Below, piece after piece: positions 1 to 9,202 of a DNA stretch of 64,000 nucleotides. This stretch comes from an uncultured Acidobacteriota bacterium (GTDB lineage Bacteria > Acidobacteriota > Blastocatellia > RBC074): NCBI GenBank assembly GCA_963796275.1, contig CAWCKY010000001.1, positions 1,088,001 to 1,152,000 of the forward strand, read 5' to 3'. Position 1 is the first letter of the stretch; every line of letters begins with the position of its first letter. The notes beneath the pieces were generated by a model. It saw only the letters and a program-made list of their open reading frames with translations, did not search any database and was not told the DNA's origin. Position numbers and translations under genes: made by a program.

Positions 1-11
1 AAATATTGTTA

Positions 12-611
12 TTATTTCAAAGCTTTCTCGATCGCCTGGGCGATCTTATCGCTCTCGGGTTTCTCTCTTGTTGAAAAGCGGTCTACAACTTTACCCGTGC
101 GATCGACCAGGAACTTATTGAAATTCCATGAAATGTCGCCGCTGAATTCGGGATTTGTCTCTTTGCTGGTGAGGAACCGGAAGAGCGGGTGAATATCATC
201 TCCAGCGACCGAGATTTTTGAGAACATCGGGAATGTTACATTGTATCTGGTCGAGCAGAAGGTCTTGATCTCCTCATCCGTCCCGGGCTCCTGCCCCATG
301 AAGTTATTAGCCGGAAATCCCATCACGACCAGCCCTTGATCTTTGTATTTCCGGAAGGTGCTCTCCAGCCCTTCATACTGCGGCGTATATCCGCATTTGC
401 TCGCGACATTGACCATCAGCAGCACCTTCCCCCGATAGTCGTCCAATTTGACGTCCTTGCCGTCGATATTTTTCATGGTGAACTCGAGTACTGATTTTTC
501 GGCCATCTTCACACTTTCATTCTCTGCAGTTTTATTGATTCGCGTCAGCGCGAGTGAAGCTGATGTAATAATAAGAATCGCGATTCCGAGCAGTGCAACC
601 TTTGTTTTCAT
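12..611 (-). CDS. gpx: Glutathione peroxidase family protein with N-terminal signal/anchor
   Basis: Motifs NVASKCG (peroxidatic Cys), GFPANNF..QEPG and WNFNKFLVD are the GPx signatures; hydrophobic N-terminus. Confidence 0.93.
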   Translation of the reverse strand: MKTKVALLGIAILIITSASLALTRINKTAENESVKMAEKSVLEFTMKNIDGKDVKLDDYRGKVLLMVNVASKCGYTPQYEGLESTFRKYKDQGLVVMGFPANNFMGQEPGTDEEIKTFCSTRYNVTFPMFSKISVAGDDIHPLFRFLTSKETNPEFSGDISWNFNKFLVDRTGKVVDRFSTREKPESDKIAQAIEKALK

Positions 612-933
612 TTATTCCCTCTGAATTGGTTTTTATATGGTTTACGCTACTACAAAAGTAAACCCTCGATAAATTCGATAAATTTGTGAGCGAACGGTGG
701 GGGCCTACTGAATATTGTGATTACGCGACATTTTCAATCGAATCTCGGTCGATTGAAGTCTTATGCTTTTCTCACCCGGCAGGCGAGACATTTATACGCC
801 TGTTGCCCGGAAAGATTGTCATAATATCTGTCGTCTAGCAAATAGTTGGCCGGGCTAGCTCAATCGTCGCAGCGCAGTCGCTGCGCGCGCCTGTAGGCTA
901 CGCGATGGAATAGCGCTTTATAAAAATCCGAAT

Positions 934-2064
934 TCAAAATGAACGAAACGAGAGTAATAGCCAATAACCCACACCAGCCAGGATAGCCGCGACCGGGAGA
1001 GTGAGAACCCAGGATAGAACGATTCCCATGACAACACGAACATCTGCTTGCCTGGTCACCAGGCCGATGCCGAAGAGAGAGCCGACCGAGACGTGAGGTG
1101 TCGATACTGGCAGACCAAGGCGGCTGGCGAAGATGACGAGCAGCGCGGTGACCAGATTCGAAGTGAATCCCTGCCCATGATTGAGCCGCGTTATCTTCTG
1201 GCTCATAGTGATCGCCACCTTCCGGGCGTTGAGCAGGCCGCCGATCGCCATTCCACCCGCGACGGCGAGCATCCCCCACTTAATTCCCAGGCCCTCGATG
1301 ATCAAAAGGAGCGCGACGATCTTGGGCGTGTCATTCAACCCGCGCGCAAAACTCATACTGCCGGCGCTGATGAAATGGGCAGTGTCCAGGGCCTGTTGTG
1401 CGCTGATCCCAGCCAGCTTGCCTCGATAGCGCTGTGTGCAATTCTCCCGCGTGGCAATTTTGATATCCGGCAGTGAAATACGACCGAAAGACAAGACGGA
1501 GGCCGGCTCGGAGATGGGAATCAATTGTTCTTTCTCACCCACGCAGAGACACCACTCTTTCGTTACGCCCAGCCGGATGCGGACGGCGCGCGCCACAACA
1601 TAGGCTGCAGCCCCCAAACATACAGCGATCAATGGACTGACGAGGAGCGGGAGAAAGAAAGAGCCGCCGAGCATGGCGAAATTGACTTCTCCCCCAACTG
1701 ATGCCAGGCCGCTTCCCACCAATGCCCCGGTCAGTCCATGCGTGGTAGAGACGGGGAAACCGAAGACGGTCGCCAGCATTACGGTCAACCCTGCTCCCAG
1801 CGCTACCGACAGCAGGAAGTCGGGAGAACCTATAATTGCGTCAGGGACTAGCCCTTTGCCTGAGAAATTTCTGACCAGAGTTTGGGCTAAAAAAATCGAA
1901 CTGACCGATCCGGCGAAGGTCGTGATCGTCGCCCACCAGATGGCTTTCTTGTAGCTGGTCGTTTTGCTGCCGAAGAGCGTCGCCACACCCTTGAAATTGT
2001 CATTGGCGCCGTTCGAATAAGCTAAAAAACAAGTGACGAAGAAGAGGACGAACACGGTAACCAT
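934..2064 (-). CDS. pit: Inorganic phosphate transporter, PiT family
   Basis: Duplicated PiT signatures NGAND...PVSTTH and GLND...PVSTPH; multiple TM helices. Confidence 0.9.
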   Translation of the reverse strand: MVTVFVLFFVTCFLAYSNGANDNFKGVATLFGSKTTSYKKAIWWATITTFAGSVSSIFLAQTLVRNFSGKGLVPDAIIGSPDFLLSVALGAGLTVMLATVFGFPVSTTHGLTGALVGSGLASVGGEVNFAMLGGSFFLPLLVSPLIAVCLGAAAYVVARAVRIRLGVTKEWCLCVGEKEQLIPISEPASVLSFGRISLPDIKIATRENCTQRYRGKLAGISAQQALDTAHFISAGSMSFARGLNDTPKIVALLLIIEGLGIKWGMLAVAGGMAIGGLLNARKVAITMSQKITRLNHGQGFTSNLVTALLVIFASRLGLPVSTPHVSVGSLFGIGLVTRQADVRVVMGIVLSWVLTLPVAAILAGVGYWLLLSFRSF

Positions 2065-2347
2065 AGGATTGCAATCGATGGGGCTCGAGTCATCCAGTCG
2101 TACTGGCGAGGGAATTTACCACAAAAAACGCAAAATTGGACAAAAACGCGCAAAGAAGGGAAATTGTGTATCTTTATTATATTTAGCTTTTTGCGGTACC
2201 CGAATGCCAATTCCAGCTCACATTGACATTCTACCTGAGTAGCTCGAGACTTGGCCGCTGCTCTATGGGATCAGTTCGACGATCCGGTCACCTATGTCGC
2301 GGTCTCTGTCTTTGCCACAGCAGTGGTTGATCGGCATTCTATTGGGC

Positions 2348-2881
2348 TCAATCGTGGCGGAGAGCCACCATCGGATCGACCTTCGTCGCCCGTCGCGCCG
2401 GCAGGTAACACGCCCCGAGGGCGACGGCGACCAGAGTGAAAGCAATCCCACTCATCGCCAGCGGATCGTGTGTGGGTAAGGTGGGGATCGCCGATGCCAG
2501 GAAGCGTGCCACTGCGTATGCGCCTGCGAATCCGAGCAATCCGCCCAGGAGGATCAGCAGAGAGCCTTTTCTCAAGACGAGCCAGAGCACATCGCGGGCT
2601 TGCGCGCCGAGCGCCAGGCGAATCCCGATTTCGCCAGTGCGTTGGACGACTGAATACGAGATCACGCCGTATAGCCCGATCGCAGCCAATCCGAGACCGA
2701 GCGCGGCAAAGGCGCCGAGCAGTGTGCCGAGGAGGGAAATACTTCCCAGACCTTGATCCACTATGCTACGCGCGGTTCGGATCCGGTACGCCGGCAAGCC
2801 GGGATCGAGTTCGGCGATGGCGTTTCGTAGTGAACTCCCGAGCGATTGCGGTGCTGCGGAAGTTCGTAATGCGATGTTCAC
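2348..2881 (-). pseudogene. 3' fragment of ADOP/MacB-type ABC permease split by the transposon
   Basis: C-terminal FtsX domain (GLYGVISYSVVQRTGEIGIRLALGA...[14 protein letters not shown]); joins in frame to the 11651-13561 fragment (...PSGNV|NIALRTS...). Confidence 0.9.
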
Positions 2882-2885
2882 GTTT

Positions 2886-3041
2886 TGCTCTGGCTATCGA
2901 CATCGTTGGCACATATGGCGGATTAGCGATAGAACCCGTTTCTGACATCCAATGTCGTCGATGAAACGCGACGTGATCCCCATCTCGACAACTTCTCTGC
3001 CAGGCATTCTTCATTACAATTGAGAATGAGCTCCGAAATGG
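2886..3041 (+). repeat. Left long imperfect terminal inverted repeat (~150 bp)
   Basis: Aligns with revcomp of 11604-11650 joined to ~9098-9202; shared blocks AACCC..TCTGA, AAAC.CGACGTG, CCATCTC, CTTCA..ACAATTGAGAAT.AGC. Confidence 0.85.
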
Positions 3042-3587
3042 CAAATATTAATGTTTATGACATTGACACATTTGTTTCTGTTCCGAGTCTATTGCTTTAT
3101 AAACGAATGAAATTAATTCTCTGAATACGGGTAAATTTTTCCTTTTTTAGCGGTCATATAGACATGACGTGCACAGGATTTTTGAGTGCATACGGAAAAG
3201 TTCAGAAGATTATGCTTGACTCATATCTTTAATCGAAACTATATACATTTCGCATCATAGGTATCTCAACAGTAACACCACCGGCAGCCGTGTTTTGCCT
3301 GCTTCACAAAACCAGGAAGACGTATGAGATTACAATTACCGCCCGCCTCTGCCTTTCTCATGCTTGCGATCATCTATCCGTCCAACTTCAATACGCAACT
3401 CGCAATCCACCGAGACTTTCGATATTTCAAATTATGACTCTGTCGTCGGCGGTTATCCCATTATTTTGGTGATGGGCGCATCAAATAGTGAAGCTCTAAA
3501 ACAAGGCGCTGCAGCCGTTCAATCGCTGATCTTTGAAGCGCCGCCAAAAACAAAAGCGGACGAACTCACTCTAGGTTTGGTCGCCAG

Positions 3588-6053
3588 ATGAATTCGCCCG
3601 CTTTCACAACAATCCCTACCCAATTCGGAGGAAATGTCATGCGGATATTAAGTTTGCCTGTCAACTTCGTCAAGATTTCAATCAGATCGACGCGGACTCC
3701 GCTTCTCGCTTTCGCGGTCGTAAGCGTGATGGCGATAATATTGGCTAGTTCGATCTTCGCCGTAAAACGCTCATCGGTGATTGGAATTAACTCGACTGAA
3801 AAGACCCGGCAAGGGTGTTGCTCGGATCAGCCAGCAATATTGCGCCGAATGGTCGGGACTTACTATACAACCGAGGACGGCTTCCAATCCACTCTTATTC
3901 TAAACAATAAAGGGCCGAATCAGATCATCGTCACTCCCATCCTACACAGCCAAAACGGACAGAGTTACACCGCATCGCCAGTAGCCGTAGTCGGCCAATC
4001 ATCACTTGAAGTCGATCTGAACCTGCTGGCATCGATTGCCGGGCCTCAGTTCCGCTCCGGAAGCTTTGAATTCACCTACGAGGGACGATTGTTAGAGGTA
4101 GGCGGAGGATTGAGGATCATCAATCCGGAAAAGAGCCTGATTTTCGACGAGCAATTGCTTGAACCTGGCATGAAATTCCCATCTTCTCGACTCGAAGCCG
4201 TCTATGCTGTTCCCTTCGAAGATTCACAGGTAAACATAATTGTGACCAACATAACGGCGGAGCCGATCTTTGTAAATGGAGATGCAATCTTCGCCGGGGC
4301 CAACGGGCATCACCCGATTCAGATCAAGCTTGAACCTCACCAAACGCTAGACGTCAAAATGCCTCACGGTCTGATCAAGAAGGCTTCAGCCGGCGCGGTT
4401 TCACTCAATCACAACGGTGGCAAGGGCGCGCTGCTGGCAAAGATTCATCTCCAGGCTATTGACAGGGGATATTCCGAATCGGTCAACTTCATCAATCCCG
4501 ACGGCAAGACCAATGAGCGGCACGGCGCAGGCCTGCGACTCGGAAGTGTCAACAACGATCCGCTCAGAACCTTGATCGCCGTCCGCAATATCGGTGATAG
4601 CTCAACAACCGTGACGGCGACTGTCCCTTACTCGAAAGACAGCGGCAAAATTGGAACAATCGTGCTGCCGGAGGTTTCGCTTGACTCGGGTGAGATTAGA
4701 CTGATGGAGACATCTAACCCGCAATTGAGACAGATCGACTTCGCCACTGCCGGCCTTGAGATAAAATACACAGGCGAGCCGGGCAGCGTGATTGCTACGG
4801 CATTGAGCGTATCGCAAAGCGGCAATCATGTCTTCGCGGTGCCGATGAAAGACCCGAAGGGTGGTTTGAGCAGTACAGGTGGTTATCCGTGGTTCATTAA
4901 AGAGAGCTCCTCAACGGTTGTCTTTATAAAGAACGTAACTAGTGATTCACAGGAGTTTCTACTAAATATTATTTATCCGGGAGGTCGCTGGGGAAAGAAT
5001 CGAACAATTGCACCGAATCAAACCATCCAGATAGACATTCGTGAGGTGCGCAACTCTCAGGAAAAAGGGGTTGAAGGTAACGTAATTCCAATAGACGCGA
5101 CCTCTGGGCATGTTTCATGGGCTTATCGTGGCAAACAAAACAAGGTACTGATCGGTCGTGCGCAATCTGTTGACTTCAGCAACGGCTTGGCTTCAACTTA
5201 TGAGTGTCAGTGTAGTTGTGGGAATATTTACAGGGTGTCTCGATTGGTGCCATTTAATTCCACGATACAGTTTCCTGGATCTAAACAATTGGAGCCTCAA
5301 AGCGCATACTATGATTGTTTTGGGAATCCTACGGATTTTTTCCCTGCCTCTCCTATGAATTCAATATTCTGGAGTTCGGATAATACGAATGCTGCTTCCG
5401 TTTCCAATGGGCATGTAACCGGTAATGGGAGTGGAAGCGCAACAATATATGCCTCATGGAATGAATACTATTCCGAGTGTTTCATTCTTCCTGGTGAACT
5501 AAACTGCTATACATCTTGTATGGATCGGACAGGGTCCGCTAGTACTTATGCTTCGGTTACTGTGCAGTGCGTTTACCCGACCGGCGAAACCTTTGCATCC
5601 ACCGGTTGGTCGGCGGAAGTGCCAACCGCCCAGAAATGGATGATGACTCTTACCCCCACGACTACAAATTTTGCCGGACGCTTCGTTTTTGAAACAGACC
5701 CTGGCGGCGGGATTGATGGGTGCCACTTCCCCGGCTCCGAAATCGATCCAGAGCCTTCGTGTTGCGATAACGCAATCCCCTCCACTTGGCCGGTCGAAAG
5801 CGGCAACCGGTGGGGCCCTGATGTTGTTGGATGGCTCCCGTCGGCCGTTGAATATTATCAGTTAGAGAGGCTCACTCGTGGGTTACCCTTGCCCTGTCGC
5901 GCGACCTGGCCCCAGAGGATGAGGATGCACTGTGGGACGCTGGGGGCGTCCAGCAATTACGTGGATAATATTCTCTTTGCAGAAATTGATGTGACCACGG
6001 TTAGTAGTGGGCGCAACGGCCGTTTTGAGCAAAGAGAATGGCCTGTCCCGTAG
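3588..6053 (+). CDS. Secreted multidomain beta-rich protein with Ig-like (Big_2-like) domain and Cys-rich C-terminal region; transposon passenger
   Basis: 821-aa ORF; hydrophobic N-terminal segment; four ~110-aa modules with a hhhxN motif; ECQCSC motif; WSSDNTNAASVSNGHVTGNGSGSATIYA is Big_2-like. True start may be the ATG at 3639 (GGAGG upstream). Confidence 0.7.
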   Translation: MNSPAFTTIPTQFGGNVMRILSLPVNFVKISIRSTRTPLLAFAVVSVMAIILASSIFAVKRSSVIGINSTEKTRQGCCSDQPAILRRMVGTYYTTEDGFQSTLILNNKGPNQIIVTPILHSQNGQSYTASPVAVVGQSSLEVDLNLLASIAGPQFRSGSFEFTYEGRLLEVGGGLRIINPEKSLIFDEQLLEPGMKFPSSRLEAVYAVPFEDSQVNIIVTNITAEPIFVNGDAIFAGANGHHPIQIKLEPHQTLDVKMPHGLIKKASAGAVSLNHNGGKGALLAKIHLQAIDRGYSESVNFINPDGKTNERHGAGLRLGSVNNDPLRTLIAVRNIGDSSTTVTATVPYSKDSGKIGTIVLPEVSLDSGEIRLMETSNPQLRQIDFATAGLEIKYTGEPGSVIATALSVSQSGNHVFAVPMKDPKGGLSSTGGYPWFIKESSSTVVFIKNVTSDSQEFLLNIIYPGGRWGKNRTIAPNQTIQIDIREVRNSQEKGVEGNVIPIDATSGHVSWAYRGKQNKVLIGRAQSVDFSNGLASTYECQCSCGNIYRVSRLVPFNSTIQFPGSKQLEPQSAYYDCFGNPTDFFPASPMNSIFWSSDNTNAASVSNGHVTGNGSGSATIYASWNEYYSECFILPGELNCYTSCMDRTGSASTYASVTVQCVYPTGETFASTGWSAEVPTAQKWMMTLTPTTTNFAGRFVFETDPGGGIDGCHFPGSEIDPEPSCCDNAIPSTWPVESGNRWGPDVVGWLPSAVEYYQLERLTRGLPLPCRATWPQRMRMHCGTLGASSNYVDNILFAEIDVTTVSSGRNGRFEQREWPVP

Positions 6054-6207
6054 AATGGGATAAATGGGATAGTCATTGGAGCCCCGGTCACGGTGAGCGA
6101 CCAATGTTAGTAGATGGAGAATCCTGGGATCGGTACCAAGCCTACTAAAACTGACAAAGGGCTTTTCCGGTCCTATTACAATCGCGACGAGGTTAGGAGG
6201 TGAATCA

Positions 6208-7008
6208 ATGCGACTAAGATCGTTTTACTATCACCATGTGATTTCCTTGTTGGTTCTCTTTGCAATCTTCGTGTCCGTCTATCAGCCCCCCGGATTAACA
6301 CTACATGCATACGAAGCAGGAACCCAAGGGGTTGAAAAGCTCTCGGTTAATAACCACCGTCCGATTGCCGAAGCCGTCAAACTACTCCAGAACAAATATG
6401 GGTTGATCATTACCTATGAAGATCCTCGGTTTATTTACGAAGCCGACCTCGTGGATGAGACGGATCCACAATATCGTCAAGAGCATCCTGGCGGGTACAG
6501 GGCGCTCTCTCCGAAAGGTGGGCATCTTGAAATCAACTATGTTGTATCGCCGGTGATTGGGAAACCAGAGTCCCCCCTAACCCTGCTTCAACAAATTTTA
6601 GATGCCGCTGCCGCCTCTGGGTATCCAGGGCGCTTTCGCCCTATCCAGACTGGGCGTTTTTTTCACGTCATTCCAAGACAAGTCAAAAATAGTCGAGGGC
6701 AATGGGTGGATCAGGGCTCGATCCTCGATCTTCCGATCAGTTTTCCTGAACGGGAACGAACGGTCTTTGAGACGGTGGAAACCGTCCTCAAAGCGGTAAG
6801 TCAATCGGCCGGGATCAGAGTCGCACTCGCGACGGCTCCCGTGAAGCTGTTGATCTCGACCAAAACCACTCAAAGCGCCTCTAACGAGATTGCCAGAGAC
6901 GTCCTAGTCAGAACGCTGGAAAGTACCAAGCAGAAGCTCTCATGGCGTCTTCTCTATGGCCCAGGTCAGAAATGGTACGCGTTAAATCTGCGTTCAGTCC
7001 CCAACTGA
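6208..7008 (+). CDS. Secreted/periplasmic hypothetical protein (possible STN-like repeats); transposon passenger
   Basis: 266-aa ORF with AGGAGG RBS and signal-peptide-like N-terminus; two similar helix-strand units (PIAEAVKLLQNKYGLIITYE; TVFETVETVLKAVSQSAGIRV). Confidence 0.7.
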   Translation: MRLRSFYYHHVISLLVLFAIFVSVYQPPGLTLHAYEAGTQGVEKLSVNNHRPIAEAVKLLQNKYGLIITYEDPRFIYEADLVDETDPQYRQEHPGGYRALSPKGGHLEINYVVSPVIGKPESPLTLLQQILDAAAASGYPGRFRPIQTGRFFHVIPRQVKNSRGQWVDQGSILDLPISFPERERTVFETVETVLKAVSQSAGIRVALATAPVKLLISTKTTQSASNEIARDVLVRTLESTKQKLSWRLLYGPGQKWYALNLRSVPN

Positions 7009-7272
7009 GAAGAAACCTCGGCATCGGCTATGTAGTCCTTAAACGGCCTCCGGTAATGTTTAGCAATGGAACGATTTTGGTCGTTTTCAAACTTATTGTT
7101 TAATGGCACGTCCGCCAGCGCTATTCATTTCATCTGGCTTTCCCAACGAGCGTAAGCTCTTTGAGATGATGAAGGCGACTCTGCGATATTCATAAACATG
7201 GGTTACATGGGTGGATAATTTCGCAATTTCACGTGAGCACGAAAAGCCCAATAGGTTGTGGAGTCAAAGCCC

Positions 7273-9072
7273 CTACGCAGATTTGATAAGCTCAGGCCCA
7301 AGATATAGCCGTAACTGCTTGGTTTCATGTGGCTTCTTCATAGATCTTTGGATCGTCTGGTGATTAGGTTCGATCCGGTCACGCACCCAGAGTGGATCAA
7401 ATGGGGTTATCTGTCTCGATTGAAATGAGTGGTCGTGATAGACCGGTTGCGAGATGGCGGTTGGACGAGCAGATTTCTTGCCCCACTTGCACTGGTACTC
7501 AGTCAATATCTGAGATTGATACTCGGCACGCAAACGTCCACCCCAGCACGAGAGCTGGATGGGGGTGCGTGGCAGACCTGCTTCGACATAAATCCTCCAA
7601 CGCCCGATTCGGACGAAGCCGCGATCATCGGTCGTTCGTTGGCAGTATCGTTGCCCAAAAGCTCGCTGTAGATCGGCCAGGTCAATCTGCTTGCCTCTGG
7701 ATTCTCCGAGGACCTCCAACGGCGTGCGTCTTCCATCATTGCGGCGTTGGTGCGCCCAGTGTGGCAACCGGTTGTGATCGCGAATCAATTCGCGATGAAA
7801 TTCGACTGCAGACTCGATCGTCTTGCATCTTTCCCAGTGATACTCGCCAACCCGGGCCTGAATGCCGAACTGGCTCTCGATCAGGTTCTGCCAGGGATGG
7901 CCCTTTTCATACAGGTGATGGTGAATGCCGAGCTGCCTATTGGCACGCGTGAAATCGTGGCTGATAAACTGGCCTCCGTGATCGGAGATCACTTCTTCCC
8001 AAAGCCCCCAACGCAGTAGCGCCTGAAAGTAGACGTAAAGGATCACGCCGACTTCCTGTTCTGACGTGAGCGAACCGGCGAGGATGGTTCTGGAGAGACC
8101 TTCCAACAACAAGGTTGAATAGAGTTGGACACCTGCGGGCTTGGCGTCGAGATAGCGGAGGTCAACGTAAACGTGTTGGAATGGATGCTGACTTTTTGAC
8201 GGTCCCTCGCGTGGATCCCGTGGCTCGACGATAGCCACAAGTCGTTGTGGGGCCAGGTGGATGCGGCGATTGAGCGCCATGATCTTTTTGATCGTCGCCG
8301 GGCTAAGATAGATGTCGTAGTCCTGTTCTAAATATCCATTGATGCGGAACCAACCAGCATATCCGTATTTCTTTTGCAATTCGAGCACAGCGTGAATAGC
8401 GCCGAAAAACACTTTACGAGCCGGTCGATGCGGTGCGCGTGAAAGATCCAGCAGCCAGAGTTGTTTGTTGTCCGGTTGCGATTCAGCTTGGCGCGCGCGG
8501 CGCAGCCATTTTATGACGGTGTTGCGTGAGCAACGGAGTAATCGCGCAATCCGTTTCTCCGTCCAGCCCTGTTGTCGTAACTTGACCATTTCCTGCCGTA
8601 ACAACTGAGGGCTATCCGGCACGGGATACTGAATGAGACGTTGAAATTCAGGGTAGCGCCAGATGGGATAGCGTTCCAGCAATGCCTTTACCGTTTCGTG
8701 ATGGATGCGGTGATCAGTGGTCGCAAGCAAAACTCGCGCCAGTTCCCGGTCGGAGGCTGAGGGCACACAACACTTATAATAAAGCAGCGTCACGATGACC
8801 TGTTCGGGTGTTTGTGGTTCACGGGGATAGTCAGTTGCCGGGAACAGTCCCCGCATGCCTTCTTCCCGAAACTGGCGCAACCAACGACAGACAGTACTGT
8901 AAGAAAGCCCAAGCGCATCTTCCTGTTCTTCCGCCGATCGTTTCCCGGCCAGGCAGGGGGCGATGTAATGATATCGTTGCTGAGTTTCGCAAGTGATGGG
9001 CACTTCATCAAAATGCAAGGCAAGCTGTACAGACATTGAGTATATCCTTTCAATACGATGGGTGGCACTCAA
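7273..9072 (-). CDS. DDE transposase (rve/integrase core, IS481-like) with N-terminal HTH domains
   Basis: HTH motifs (STVCRWLRQF, RNTVIKWLRR); catalytic D (YVDLRY), D (ISDHGGQF) and E (NLIESQFG); likely ATG start at 9036. Confidence 0.88.
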   Translation of the reverse strand: MSATHRIERIYSMSVQLALHFDEVPITCETQQRYHYIAPCLAGKRSAEEQEDALGLSYSTVCRWLRQFREEGMRGLFPATDYPREPQTPEQVIVTLLYYKCCVPSASDRELARVLLATTDHRIHHETVKALLERYPIWRYPEFQRLIQYPVPDSPQLLRQEMVKLRQQGWTEKRIARLLRCSRNTVIKWLRRARQAESQPDNKQLWLLDLSRAPHRPARKVFFGAIHAVLELQKKYGYAGWFRINGYLEQDYDIYLSPATIKKIMALNRRIHLAPQRLVAIVEPRDPREGPSKSQHPFQHVYVDLRYLDAKPAGVQLYSTLLLEGLSRTILAGSLTSEQEVGVILYVYFQALLRWGLWEEVISDHGGQFISHDFTRANRQLGIHHHLYEKGHPWQNLIESQFGIQARVGEYHWERCKTIESAVEFHRELIRDHNRLPHWAHQRRNDGRRTPLEVLGESRGKQIDLADLQRAFGQRYCQRTTDDRGFVRIGRWRIYVEAGLPRTPIQLSCWGGRLRAEYQSQILTEYQCKWGKKSARPTAISQPVYHDHSFQSRQITPFDPLWVRDRIEPNHQTIQRSMKKPHETKQLRLYLGPELIKSA

Positions 9073-9202
9073 TGCTATACGCCGCGAAAATCCTCATCCG
9101 ATTTTCAGCGCTTATTCTCAATTGTCGTGAAGGCTGAGATGGCCTCTAGAGATGGAGGCCACGTCGTGTTTTAACAGCGAAATTAGATATCAGAGATGGG
9201 TT

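Noticed and set aside
3290-3591. Short ORFs inside the transposon left end
   Set aside because: No convincing start, RBS or motif; possibly a gene remnant, but unsupported.
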